Made by a program: the position numbers and the translations under genes
In this document: piece after piece, positions 45,614-55,660 of the stretch
Layout of the letters: each line of letters begins with the position of its first letter
How positions within the stretch are numbered: the stretch's first letter is position 1
The notes under the pieces: model-generated
Database searches by the model: none
Told to the model about the DNA's origin: nothing
The model's input: the letters and a program-made list of their open reading frames with translations, nothing else
NCBI GenBank assembly: GCA_963662405.2
Contig: CAXXKT010000001.1
Coordinates: 1,280,001 to 1,344,000, forward strand
Origin: Syntrophales bacterium
GTDB lineage: Bacteria > Desulfobacterota > Syntrophia > Syntrophales > UBA2210
DNA length: 64,000 nucleotides
Direction: 5' to 3'

Positions 45614-45841
45614 GGTTTTTCCTTTCGAAGGTTTGTTTGGACGTGCTTGATGATAATCTATGCACGCCTGCGGGAAAAGCAAGGGTTGGATTATCGATAT
45701 TCCGCCCAGGCGCCTTTGAAGCGACGAGCTATAGCTCCCGTCAGGGGGAGTCTTGATGTACAGGCTCGTTAGGATTTCTCCCTTCGGTCGAAATGACAAG
45801 CACTGACAGGTATTCAACCCTCTCGGATTTCTATCGACAGA

Positions 45842-48800
45842 TCACGGAAGCTGATACCCTTTTTCACGGAATAGTCTCAGACAGGCATCCGCGACGGCAT
45901 CGTCGTAAAGCGTTCCCTTATTGTCCTCAATCTCCTCGAGGGATGCCTCGATGCCCAAGGCCGCACGATAGGGACGGTGGGAGGCCATGGACTCCACGAC
46001 ATCAGCCACGGCCATGATGCGGGCCTCCATGATAATCTCATCCCCCTTGAGGCCGCGTGGATAGCCGGAGCCGTCCATCCGTTCATGGTGCTGGTAGATG
46101 ATTTCCGCCAGGGGCCAGTCGGTTTCCACATTCTTCAGGATCTCATACCCGCTCCGCGGGTGTTCTTTGATGAGGGCGAATTCGTTAGCTGACAGCTGCG
46201 TCGGCTTGGACAGTATCTCCGCCGGGACGGACAGTTTCCCGATGTCATGGATCGACCCGGCCATCCGGATGGCTTCGACTTTCTCCTCTGGCAGTTCCAT
46301 TTTGGCGGCAATGGCACGGGCAAGGTCCGCGGATCGACTCTGATGCCCGGCCGTATAGGGGTCTCGTATCTCCACGGCGGATACCATGGCCTGAATGGTT
46401 ATGCCGACCGATTCCCTGAGCCTTTCCAGGGTTCGCTGAAGTTGCTCCGCCGCCTGCCTGCGGTCGGTGATGTCCCTGAACACACCGAGAAGCCCGGTCA
46501 ATACGCCCTGGTCATCCCGAATCCCGGTGACGGTCGTTTCCATCCAGCGGGTTGAGCCGTCCTTATGATAATATTCCAACTCAACGGTTTTGGTTCGATC
46601 GGGATCCACCTCACCCCCTTCTTCGCCTGCAAGTTCCTCTGCCAAGAGATTAGACGCATAGGACAACGAATCAGGGGTCATTTGTTCCTCAATTGGCTGG
46701 AGCATTCGTTCTTCCGGGGTGAATCCGAGTACCGTCTGGAGTGAGGGGGTGACGAAGGTCGTCCGCAGGTTCATGTCCGTCATCCAGACGATATCACTCA
46801 TCTTTTCGACAATCATCCGGTAGCGTTCTTCGCTCTCCCGCAGTTCCTCCTCCGCCTGCTTGCGGTCGGTGATGTCCCTGGCGATGCTCAGGATTGCCGG
46901 TTTCCCCTGGTACGTCACAAGACTGGAGTACACCTCGACGGGGAACGTCCTTCCGTCCTTGGTCGTATGTGATGTCTCAAAAATCTGTCGTTGATCCGAC
47001 TGCATCGCGGCAGCAAGCGCTTTAATATCATCCTTTTTGAGTTTCGAATCGATACCGTAAAGCCCGACTTCAAGCAATTCTTCCTTCGAATAGCCCAAAA
47101 GCTCAACGGCAGTATTGTTTACATCGATAAGGATCCCGTCAAAATCGATGACCCACACCGTTTCGTTCATTCCGTCAATTAATTCTCTATATTTTTTTTC
47201 GCTTTCCAGGAGCGCCTCCTCCGCTTTTTTACGGTCGGTGATGTCCTTGGACACGCCGTGAAGTCCGGTCAAAACACCCTGCTCATCCCGAATCCCGCTC
47301 ATGATAGTTTCCATCCAGCGGGTTGAACCGTCCTTGTGATAGTATTCCAAGACGAGAGTCGCGCTCCTGTCGGGATCCGCCTTCTCTTCCTCGAGGGCAA
47401 GCTCCTGTGCCAGGGCATCCAACCCCAAGGACAGGGAGTCAGGGGTCATTTGTTCATCAATGCTCATACGCATCCGTTCTTCCTGGCTGAATCCAAGCAC
47501 CGCCCGTACCGAGGGGGAGACATAGGTCGTCCTCAGGTCCATATCCGCCATCCAAACGATATCCTGCATTCTTTCTGTAAGGAACCGGTATTTCTCTTCG
47601 TTTTCCCTAAGCACCTCTTCGGCGCGTTTCAGCTCGGTAATGTCGCGTGCCGTGGACAGTACGCCGGAAACCGTCCCGGATGTATCCTTGAGAACGCGGG
47701 ACCACCAGGCCAGCAGGCGCTCCTGGCCGTCCTTCCGCCGCTGCCAGCTCTCGATATAGTGCACGTTTTCGTCGCCGTCGAACAGTGGCTGCACCGTGTC
47801 ATACGTGTCCTGCTCACCGACAAAGTAGTACGCGGCTTCCCTGCCGATCACGTCATCTCCGAAGAAATCGAATCCCGCCCGGTTTGCCCACGTGTAGATT
47901 TTGCCGGGATCCACCTCCATGATGATGTCCGGAACCGCGGCGAGGATGGCCCGGTGACGCTGTGAGACGGCGGCCAGTTCCGCCGTCCGGCTCGCCACCT
48001 GCCTCCGCAGTGACCAGGACCACAGGGAAACCGCCAGGAGGATCAGGATGAGCGGGACGAAGACCATTGCAACATAGCGGAGCACGCTGATAAAAGAGAG
48101 CGTATTTCCCCGGTACATGCCCATCCATTTTTCATAGATGCGGCGGTATTCGCCGTTTTCCTCCAGAACCTTCAGTCCTTCGCTGAACTGGGCCAGAAGC
48201 GCCCTGTGATTGTTCAGGACGACATAGCAGTACTCGTTTGAAATGAGAGGCTTTCTTCCCACGACGAGGTTCGTCCATCCCTCTTTCTTGATGCAGTACA
48301 GGGCCGTTATACGGGACACCAGCGCGCAGTCGTGCTTCCCCTCGGCCAGTTCCCGCAGGGCGTCCTCCTCGGTGTCAACGGCTGAGACCTCCTTCCCGAG
48401 GCCGTTTTCCAGCGCGAAATCGTGCATGATGTCGCCCCGCTGAACCACGATGCGCTTGCCCTTCAGCTCGCCGACCGCGGTCGGCGGATCACCCTCGCCT
48501 GTGCGCACGACGCTGACGCAGTGATTCACCGTATGCGCCTGCGTGAAGTCGAATTGCAGGTCGCGCTGCGGGGAATAGAACATGCCCTGAATGGCGTCGA
48601 TCTCGCCCCGCGCCAATGCCTCCCGAACCTCCGCCCAGGGGCCGAGGCGGATCTCGATATCCAGGCCCATTTCACGGGCGATGGCGCGTGTGAGCTCGAC
48701 ATTATAGCCGGCGGGGAGGCCCTTCTCATCCAGATATTCATAGGGCGGGAAGTTGTGGTCCCCGCCGACCACGATCCGCCGCTGAGAGGGCAGCTGCAGG

Positions 48801-49594
48801 GCGGCAAACCACTTGGCGTGCAGATGGCGGTAAGTGCCGTCAGCCATGATCAGGGCCAGGCCCTCGTTCAGGAGGGCCAGCGTTTCCCGGTCGCCCTCCC
48901 TGACGGCGAAGCAGAAGTCCTGCCGGAATCCCTCTATGGACTTGTTGACGATGCGAAGATTGGTCAGCCCGGCTTCCTGGATGAGACGCAGCGCCACGAG
49001 CCGCTGGATGACCACGGCGTCGTAGCGGCCTTCGGAAAGCTCGCGCAGGGCCTCATCGAAGGTGGCCGTCGTGTGAATCCCGATCCCGCGGCTCTCCCGC
49101 CGAAGGAACTCCTCGGCGTTGTCCCCTTTCATGACGGCCACCTGCCGTCCCTCAAGATCGCTCAGGTTCTCGATATCGCGTGTGTCCCTTCTGACGACGA
49201 TGGCGCCGTGGATGGACATGTAGGGAAAGGTGAAATCAAAAAGGGCTTCGCGTTCCGGCGTGCGGCCCACCAGGGGAAGGGCCTGCACCTCGCCCCGCTC
49301 CAGCCAGCCGCGGACCTTGCCCCAGGTTCCGGTGCGGAAGGTGACCTCTCGCCCCATGGCGGCCAGGGCCGCCTGCATCAGTTCCACCGAAAAGCCGCCT
49401 GCGCGGCCGTCCGCGTCGAGGACGCAGAAGGGGGGATAGTCGATCTCGGAGGCGGAACGAATGGGTGCCCTGAAGGTTTGAGCGGCATTGCCCGCCCCGG
49501 CGGGAATACTCAGCGCCAACATCGCGACTATGCTGAACAGCACGACTGTGGCGGTGCCGAGAGGCTTGAATCGGAATTGAGAATCTGTCTTCAT
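45842..49594 (-). CDS. membrane c-di-GMP phosphodiesterase-type sensor: 2x periplasmic binding domain, TM, 4x PAS/PAC, HD-GYP
   Basis: Two SBP family-3 domains (DYPPF, NFPPY), TM, four ...DIT PAC ends, RDPYTAGH, HDIGK, HHERMDGSGYP. Confidence 0.92.
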   Translation of the reverse strand: MKTDSQFRFKPLGTATVVLFSIVAMLALSIPAGAGNAAQTFRAPIRSASEIDYPPFCVLDADGRAGGFSVELMQAALAAMGREVTFRTGTWGKVRGWLERGEVQALPLVGRTPEREALFDFTFPYMSIHGAIVVRRDTRDIENLSDLEGRQVAVMKGDNAEEFLRRESRGIGIHTTATFDEALRELSEGRYDAVVIQRLVALRLIQEAGLTNLRIVNKSIEGFRQDFCFAVREGDRETLALLNEGLALIMADGTYRHLHAKWFAALQLPSQRRIVVGGDHNFPPYEYLDEKGLPAGYNVELTRAIAREMGLDIEIRLGPWAEVREALARGEIDAIQGMFYSPQRDLQFDFTQAHTVNHCVSVVRTGEGDPPTAVGELKGKRIVVQRGDIMHDFALENGLGKEVSAVDTEEDALRELAEGKHDCALVSRITALYCIKKEGWTNLVVGRKPLISNEYCYVVLNNHRALLAQFSEGLKVLEENGEYRRIYEKWMGMYRGNTLSFISVLRYVAMVFVPLILILLAVSLWSWSLRRQVASRTAELAAVSQRHRAILAAVPDIIMEVDPGKIYTWANRAGFDFFGDDVIGREAAYYFVGEQDTYDTVQPLFDGDENVHYIESWQRRKDGQERLLAWWSRVLKDTSGTVSGVLSTARDITELKRAEEVLRENEEKYRFLTERMQDIVWMADMDLRTTYVSPSVRAVLGFSQEERMRMSIDEQMTPDSLSLGLDALAQELALEEEKADPDRSATLVLEYYHKDGSTRWMETIMSGIRDEQGVLTGLHGVSKDITDRKKAEEALLESEKKYRELIDGMNETVWVIDFDGILIDVNNTAVELLGYSKEELLEVGLYGIDSKLKKDDIKALAAAMQSDQRQIFETSHTTKDGRTFPVEVYSSLVTYQGKPAILSIARDITDRKQAEEELRESEERYRMIVEKMSDIVWMTDMNLRTTFVTPSLQTVLGFTPEERMLQPIEEQMTPDSLSYASNLLAEELAGEEGGEVDPDRTKTVELEYYHKDGSTRWMETTVTGIRDDQGVLTGLLGVFRDITDRRQAAEQLQRTLERLRESVGITIQAMVSAVEIRDPYTAGHQSRSADLARAIAAKMELPEEKVEAIRMAGSIHDIGKLSVPAEILSKPTQLSANEFALIKEHPRSGYEILKNVETDWPLAEIIYQHHERMDGSGYPRGLKGDEIIMEARIMAVADVVESMASHRPYRAALGIEASLEEIEDNKGTLYDDAVADACLRLFREKGYQLP

Positions 49595-49679
49595 ATCCGT
49601 GGCGCCTCCTTGCTACACTCTCAGGGCAGGGAGTGCTGGAAGTTGCCCCATATGAATACATATAGATAATAACAGCTGG

Positions 49680-49708
49680 ATAATACAGGTTTAGCGCACA
49701 GCTGTCAA
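49680..49708 (-). promoter_or_regulatory. putative sigma70 promoter of the HD-GYP sensor
   Basis: TTGACA-N17-TATTAT. Confidence 0.55.
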
Positions 49709-49830
49709 AATATATCGTACTATCGTTTTAAGTGAATCTGGGGTAGTCCTGTTTCCTGATATACCGTTTCGTGCGGGAAATTGCTTCCCGCCATCGGGTT
49801 CATCTCGGGGACAGTGCATCGCGATAGTGA

Positions 49831-50087
49831 TCAGATGTCATGAATTAACCCGGCCACGCGCATGATTTCCATTCGTTCCTCGCCAAATTCAATCTCTGCC
49901 GCGATGGCACGGGCAAGATGCGCGCCCCGCGTCTGGTGGCCGGCTGTGTAGGGGGCTCTGATCTCCAAGGCGGAAAACAGGGCCTCCCCCCTTAGCCAGG
50001 GTGTCGCGCGCCGGGGCACTGAATTAGGGGTCAGTAGTTCATTGATCGGCTGAAGCATCTGTTCCTCCGGGGGTGAAAATCCGACCT
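49831..50087 (-). pseudogene. relic of a PAS/HD-GYP paralog with internal deletion
   Basis: FTPEEQMLQPINELLTPNS joined to SALEIRAPYTAGHQ...AGLIHDI then TGA; both blocks match the neighbouring intact gene. Confidence 0.75.
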
Positions 50088-50275
50088 ACATACAGTGTTA
50101 TCCGTTGTTGTCGAAGCGAAGTTCTGATTGCGTATGCCTTCAACGTATCAACAGAATCTCAGGAGAAAAATGATTATTCCTGGTTCACGGGCTCGCCATA
50201 ATATCCCTTGACATGTTATGCGGATAAAGTTAGTGATTTCACTTGATCTCATCATCTATGCTCAGGAAGGCGAAC

Positions 50276-50920
50276 ATGAAGAAACTCTATGCCGGTGTGG
50301 CGCTCGTATTTTTTGTTCTTTCTTTCAGCTCTTATGCAATAGGCCAGCAACGCACAACCCCGGCATCCGCCGATACCAGCCCGCATGTGGTCTCTGCCGA
50401 TCAGGGCGAAAAAGGTGCCACAACTGAGAGCCAGGGAGACGGGGAAGCTGAACGCGCCCAGGGTGATAAGCATTACTATGGCCGAGAGGCTACCCAATCA
50501 TTCGAAGAGGCAGGTAAATGGTACCGCAAAGGGGCCGCGCGGGGGAATGCCGGAGCCCAGAGTATGCTGGGGTTTATGTATTATTATGGTCAGGGTGTCC
50601 CCCAGGACTACGCAGAAGCAGTCACATGGCACCGGAAAGCAGCCGAACAGGGGAATGCCGCCTCGCAGGGTATGTTGGGATTGTCATATTATTTCGGCGA
50701 AGGTATCACTCAAGATTATAAAAGAGCCGCGGAGTGGTTTCACAATGCTGCCAAACAGGACGATGTCCTCTCACTGGGTATGCTGGGGATCTTATATGAA
50801 AAAGGACGGGGTGTCCCCCAAGACTACGGGAAGGCGGCAGAATGGTACCGAAAGGCGATAGGAAAAGGAGACACTACCTTCCAAGTCTTTCTGGACAGGG
50901 TGTTGGAGAAGATCAACTAG
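50276..50920 (+). CDS. Sel1-repeat exported protein
   Basis: Signal peptide; repeats of AQSMLGFMYYYGQGVPQDYAEAVTWHRKAAEQG type. Confidence 0.92.
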   Translation: MKKLYAGVALVFFVLSFSSYAIGQQRTTPASADTSPHVVSADQGEKGATTESQGDGEAERAQGDKHYYGREATQSFEEAGKWYRKGAARGNAGAQSMLGFMYYYGQGVPQDYAEAVTWHRKAAEQGNAASQGMLGLSYYFGEGITQDYKRAAEWFHNAAKQDDVLSLGMLGILYEKGRGVPQDYGKAAEWYRKAIGKGDTTFQVFLDRVLEKIN

Positions 50921-51042
50921 TGCAATATTGAGGGGAGTGAATTTCCCTCCCGGAGGTTGCACCGCAGGGGAGGTGTCCGAAACGGCGCTCTCTCGATGAG
51001 TGATTCCCCGTTGTAATATACTCGAACGAACAAATTCTTCCC

Positions 51043-52431
51043 TTACGCGAATATTTTTCCGGGATTCAGGACCCGGTGGGGATCAAAGATCTCCTTGATG
51101 GCTTTTTGGATGCGGATACTCTCCGCAGAGAGTTCCATCGGGAGAAACGGTTGTTTTGTAATCCCGATTCCGTGTTCGCCGGAGATGGTTCCGCCCATAG
51201 AAAGAACACGTCGGAGCAGCGCTTTGATTCCTTCCTCGATCCGATCCCTTTGCCGTCGGTCTTCCGCTCCGATATTCACGTGGATGTTCCCGTCACCGGC
51301 GTGACCGAAGGCGTAGAGCTGCATTCCGTATTCCTCTTCAAGACCCCGCAGGCAACCAACCAGTTCGGCGATTTTGCCGATGGGGACCACGATGTCCTCG
51401 TGGAGGTAGAGGGGGTATTGCTCCTCGATCCGTAGAGAGACCGACCGGCGGATCTCCCAGATCCGAGTCCTCTTGAGGGAGTCGGGGGCCATGATGACGT
51501 CGCTTGCCCCCTGCGCCATGCAGATAGATCCGATCTCCTCTATCTGTCGCTCTATCACGTCCTGGACCCCGTCCGTCTCAATGATGAGCATGGCCTGTGC
51601 CGCCCGCGCCTCCTCAAAGGGGAGGAGATCTTTTGTAATCTCCAGGCACCGGTCGTCGAGAAACTCGACGGCACACGGGACATAACCGTTGATAAGCATG
51701 GTGATAACCGCCTCCATGGCTGATATCATCCGGGGGAAAAAGGCAACCGCTGTAGTGGTCGCCGGGGGGAGGGGAATCAGCTTGAGAATCAGTTTCGTGA
51801 TGACGCCCAGCGTTCCCTCCGAGCCGAGGAGCAGATGACGCAGGTCATAGCCGACGACACCCTTTCGCGTTCGAACACCGGCCGTGATCAGTTCCCCGGA
51901 CGGGAGGATCGCTTCGAGCCCGAGGACGTAGTCGCGGGTGGTGCCGTACTTGACGCAGGCGGGTCCGCCTGCGTTTGTGGCTGCGTTTCCACCGATGGAA
52001 CAGGTATCAAGACTCGCCGGATCGGGGGGGTAGAAGAGGCCGTGCTTTTTCACGGCGTTCTGGAGATCGAGCGTGATGACCCCCGGCTCCACCTCTGCGA
52101 TCAGGTTGTCCCGTTCGATGGAGAGGATGCGGTTCATCTTCGCGAGGGAGAGGAGGACTCCGCCGAAAAGCGGCACCGCCCCCCCTGTCAAGCCGGTTCC
52201 CAGTCCCCGCGGTGTGACGGGGAAACGGTATCGGTTCGCCAGGCGCATGAGTGCTTGGATCTGATATGCGGACGTTGCCTCGACGACGAGGTCGGGGGTA
52301 TTGGACTGATCCGAACCGTCATTCCCGAACTCGGTCAGTTTCTCCGGGTCTCGGACAACCGCTCCGGGACCGACGGCTGCGGTGATTGCGTTCAGGATCT
52401 CAGGGGTGATGGGCGCGTATGCAGGAGGCAT
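51043..52431 (-). CDS. FAD-linked 2-hydroxyacid oxidase/dehydrogenase (GlcD-like)
   Basis: PRGLGTGLTGG, YPPDPAS, GSEGTLGVIT, GHAGDGNIH, GEHGIG, LNPGKIF. Confidence 0.9.
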   Translation of the reverse strand: MPPAYAPITPEILNAITAAVGPGAVVRDPEKLTEFGNDGSDQSNTPDLVVEATSAYQIQALMRLANRYRFPVTPRGLGTGLTGGAVPLFGGVLLSLAKMNRILSIERDNLIAEVEPGVITLDLQNAVKKHGLFYPPDPASLDTCSIGGNAATNAGGPACVKYGTTRDYVLGLEAILPSGELITAGVRTRKGVVGYDLRHLLLGSEGTLGVITKLILKLIPLPPATTTAVAFFPRMISAMEAVITMLINGYVPCAVEFLDDRCLEITKDLLPFEEARAAQAMLIIETDGVQDVIERQIEEIGSICMAQGASDVIMAPDSLKRTRIWEIRRSVSLRIEEQYPLYLHEDIVVPIGKIAELVGCLRGLEEEYGMQLYAFGHAGDGNIHVNIGAEDRRQRDRIEEGIKALLRRVLSMGGTISGEHGIGITKQPFLPMELSAESIRIQKAIKEIFDPHRVLNPGKIFA

Positions 52432-52444
52432 CGTATCACCGTGT

Positions 52445-53116
52445 CTAGCCGTACTGCTCGAAGCCGGGGAGGTGGAGACGGATTTCCAGACGGTGAAGGA
52501 GCCATGCCGCCGCCGAGGTCAGGACGAGATAGATGGCCCCGATCACGAGAAATGTTTCGGTGTACCGGAAGCTGTCGGAGGCGATGACCTTTCCCTCGCC
52601 GGTCAACTCGATGCAGGTGATCATGTAGGCCAGCGACGAATATTTGATGAGATAGATAATCTCGTTTCCACATCCCGGGAGGGCGCGGCGGAATGCCTGG
52701 GGAAGGGTCACGAAGAAGATCATCTTGATCCGGGAGAAACCGAGCGCCTGGGCCGCGAGCATCTGCCCTGTCTTGACGGAGCGAAATGCCCCCCGCACGT
52801 ACTCCGACTGGTAGGCGCCGCTGCACAGCGAAAAGCCGAGCACCGAGGCCACGAAGGGGGTCAGATAGATCCCAATGTAAGGAAGTCCGAAATACCAGAT
52901 GAAGAGCTGGACGACCAGGGGAAATCCACGGAAGACAAGAACAAACGCATCACCGATCGTCTTCACGGTAGTGTTTCCATAAAACCTCAATGCCCCGACG
53001 GTTACCCCGATGATGACGCCGAAGATCGTGGAGGGGATAATCAACTGGACGCTGACCACCAGTCCCCTGGCGAGGGCGGAGAGGATATCAGGTTGGAGAA
53101 AAAAAAGTTCTTTCAT
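52445..53116 (-). CDS. polar amino acid ABC transporter permease
   Basis: FRGFPLVVQL, AYQSEYVRG, LPQAFRR, IKYSSL. Confidence 0.92.
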   Translation of the reverse strand: MKELFFLQPDILSALARGLVVSVQLIIPSTIFGVIIGVTVGALRFYGNTTVKTIGDAFVLVFRGFPLVVQLFIWYFGLPYIGIYLTPFVASVLGFSLCSGAYQSEYVRGAFRSVKTGQMLAAQALGFSRIKMIFFVTLPQAFRRALPGCGNEIIYLIKYSSLAYMITCIELTGEGKVIASDSFRYTETFLVIGAIYLVLTSAAAWLLHRLEIRLHLPGFEQYG

Positions 53117-53118
53117 AA

Positions 53119-53886
53119 TTAAGACGATGAGTTTCCGTACAGGTCGGTTATTTTAGAGCAGAACTCCCGTGTCCGGGCACAATCAGCCGTAAAGAGGATC
53201 TTCGCCGGAGGGCCTGTCTCCGCGATGACGCCGTTCTCCAGAAAGATCATTTCATCCGCCAACTCGCTCGCGAAGGCGATCTGGTGTGTGGACATGATCA
53301 TCGTCATGCCGTCGGCCCGGACGGCCCGGATAACATCCAGAACCTCCGATATCAGCTCGGGGTCAAGGGCAGAGGTTGGCTCGTCAAGGAGCATGATCTC
53401 GGGATCCATCGCCAGGGCGCGCGCAATCGAAACGCGTTGTTTCTGTCCCCCGGAAAGCTCGGCGGGATACTGGTGCATGTGCTCCTTGAGGCCGACGCGG
53501 TCCAGTTCACGGACGGCCCGTTCCTTCGCCTCGCTCTTGTGCATCCCCTTGACCCGCACCAGCGCGATCTGGACGTTGTTGAGGGCTGTGAGGTGATCGA
53601 AGAGGTTGAAGTCCTGAAATATCATCCCCACCTTCTGGCGGTAGTCGTAGAGTTCTTCTCCCTTGGCGCGGATGATCTCGGTCCCGTCAAGCCATATCCG
53701 TCCTCGGTCCGGTTTGATCAGGAAGTTGATGCACTGGAGGAGGGTGCTTTTCCCTCCCCCGGAGGGACCGAAGAGGACCTTGAGTTCCCCCTTATTGATC
53801 GCAAGGGAGGCATCCTTCAGCACCTGCTTGTCGCCGTACCACTTGGTCATATGTTCGATCCTGAGGATCGGTATCGTATCTGTCAT
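53119..53886 (-). CDS. polar amino acid ABC transporter ATP-binding protein
   Basis: GPSGGGKST, LSGGQKQR, LLDEPTSALDPEL. Confidence 0.95.
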   Translation of the reverse strand: MTDTIPILRIEHMTKWYGDKQVLKDASLAINKGELKVLFGPSGGGKSTLLQCINFLIKPDRGRIWLDGTEIIRAKGEELYDYRQKVGMIFQDFNLFDHLTALNNVQIALVRVKGMHKSEAKERAVRELDRVGLKEHMHQYPAELSGGQKQRVSIARALAMDPEIMLLDEPTSALDPELISEVLDVIRAVRADGMTMIMSTHQIAFASELADEMIFLENGVIAETGPPAKILFTADCARTREFCSKITDLYGNSSS

Positions 53887-53897
53887 AGCAAAAATCC

Positions 53898-54566
53898 TTA
53901 TGAGGAGTACCCCGGAATCCGTACCTTTTCCTCAAGTATCCGGAGCCCTTTGGTTCCGAGATAGGTCATGATCATGAACATGAAACCCGCGGCAAAGTAC
54001 AGGGGGAGGTGTTCATAGGTCCGAGAGGCGACGAAATGCGCGCGAGCCATCATCTCCATGACCCCCAGTGCATAGGCGACTGCGGAGTCCTTCAGGACGA
54101 TGGAGTACTCGTTCGACCATCCCGGGATCGAGAGGCGCAGGGCCTGGGGCAGGATGATCAGGGCGATTGCCTTCCGATCGCTCATTCCAAGGGCGCGGGC
54201 GGCCTTGATCTGCCCCTCGGGAAGCGACATGATTGCCCCCCGGAATATCTGAGACTGGTAGGCCGAGCTGATCAGTCCCAGTACAATAACGGAGACCGTA
54301 AAGGCGGAAAGGTTGATGTGCAGGAGCGAACAGAGCCCGAAATAGAAGAGAAACAGAAGCACAAGCAGGGGTACCCCGCGGAAAAACCATACGTAGACAC
54401 CGATCGGACGGCGTAGCCACCTGCCGCCGTAGATCTGCCCGACGGCGAGGTTGATTCCCACCACCAACCCCAGCATCATCGCCCCCGCGACGACCGCGAT
54501 GGTAACCAACGAGCCCCGGAGAAGATACGGGAGGGCTCCATACAATACGATTAGACTTTCCGGCAT
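53898..54566 (-). CDS. polar amino acid ABC transporter permease
   Basis: FRGVPLLV, AYQSQIFRG, LPQALR, LKDSA. Confidence 0.92.
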   Translation of the reverse strand: MPESLIVLYGALPYLLRGSLVTIAVVAGAMMLGLVVGINLAVGQIYGGRWLRRPIGVYVWFFRGVPLLVLLFLFYFGLCSLLHINLSAFTVSVIVLGLISSAYQSQIFRGAIMSLPEGQIKAARALGMSDRKAIALIILPQALRLSIPGWSNEYSIVLKDSAVAYALGVMEMMARAHFVASRTYEHLPLYFAAGFMFMIMTYLGTKGLRILEEKVRIPGYSS

Positions 54567-54671
54567 TCAATCCTCCGGTACTAATAAAGCAGAAGGCACC
54601 AGGATACCCCCTGATGCCTTCCATAAAAGACTATGCACGTGAGCGTCCATGGACGCGGCGATATTCCGATA

Positions 54672-55427
54672 TTATGGTTTATATTTTTCCTGCAGCTCTT
54701 CCCAGTAGGGATCCGCCATCAACTGTTTCAACCCTTTGTTCATCATGTCGAGGAGTTCAGTGTCTTCCTTGCGGACGGCGTACCCGAAGTCCTCGCTGGC
54801 CATGCCGAAGGTCCCGACGATCTTGACGGGTTTCTTTCTCATTGCGTCTTTCGCGGGTGCATCATCCATGGCCGCTCCTATGATCCGGCCGTTGAGGACA
54901 TCTTCGACCGCCAACGGCGCCGAGTCGTACTCCACGAGGACAAAATCCTTTCCCTTGGCGATCAGGTTGTCTTTCATCCATTTTGCCTCGGTGGTCCCTC
55001 TCTGGACGCCGATCTTGTTGCCCCGCGACAGTAACTGATCCACCGTCTGGAGGCACTCCTTCTTGGACACAATCACCTGGGCGATTTTCCAGTAGGGAAT
55101 GGTGAAATTGACCTGTCCTTTTCGCTTCTCGGTGATGCTCATGCCGGAGGCGACCATGTCGATCTTCTTCGCGCGCAGGCTCGGAATGATACCATCCCAG
55201 TCCATCGGCTGGTGTTTAACCGTGAACCCCATCTTCTGGGCAATCCAATCGACCGCTTTGACATCGAACCCATCCGGGACACCGTTCTTGTCAACATAGG
55301 CGAAGGGAGGAAAGTTGGCATCGATACCATTGATGTATACCTTCTCCGCCGCGAGACAGGTGGCGCCGCCTGCGATCAGGGAGACGGCGACACAGACGAC
55401 CAGGAACCTGACTATTTGCTTTACCAT
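54672..55427 (-). CDS. polar amino acid ABC transporter substrate-binding protein
   Basis: Signal peptide, FPPFAY, GFDV, WDGIIPSL, GVQRGTT. Confidence 0.93.
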   Translation of the reverse strand: MVKQIVRFLVVCVAVSLIAGGATCLAAEKVYINGIDANFPPFAYVDKNGVPDGFDVKAVDWIAQKMGFTVKHQPMDWDGIIPSLRAKKIDMVASGMSITEKRKGQVNFTIPYWKIAQVIVSKKECLQTVDQLLSRGNKIGVQRGTTEAKWMKDNLIAKGKDFVLVEYDSAPLAVEDVLNGRIIGAAMDDAPAKDAMRKKPVKIVGTFGMASEDFGYAVRKEDTELLDMMNKGLKQLMADPYWEELQEKYKP

Positions 55428-55501
55428 GAGAAGCCCTCCTTGGTAGGTATAAAAGCATGAAACCGCGGGGCGAACATGCGATGCATGTTGCGCCTGAAAA
55501 A

Positions 55502-55577
55502 TGGTGGAGATGAGGGGGATCGAACCCCTGACCTCGGCATTGCGAACGCCGCGCTCTCCCAGCTGAGCTACATCCCC
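55502..55577 (-). tRNA. tRNA-Ala(CGC)
   Basis: GGGGATGTAGCTCAGCTGGGAGAGCGCGGCGTTCGCAATGCCGAGGTCAGGGGTTCGATCCCCCTCATCTCCACCA; G3:U70 pair. Confidence 0.96.
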
Positions 55578-55660
55578 ACTGAACCACCGTCAGGTGAAAC
55601 TGCATATCCTATCTGCAGAGGATATGTCAAGCAATTGTTGGTTGAATCGCGACCCTTCTC

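Noticed and set aside
45645..45665. Fur/PerR-like box upstream of rubrerythrin (TGATGATAATCTAT)
   Set aside because: Only a partial match without a convincing palindrome
48422..49669. 415-aa + strand ORF, and similar antisense ORFs over hflX, waaA, ntrY and ileS
   Set aside because: Antisense shadows of well-supported genes with no independent protein features
49831..49833. TGA after HDI in the HD relic as selenocysteine readthrough
   Set aside because: The position is Gly in the HDIGK motif (GGA to TGA nonsense change) and downstream homology is lost
55502..55577. tRNA-Ala as an integration site for the 42.5-55.5 kb region
   Set aside because: No integrase in the window and I saw no duplicated tRNA 3' end
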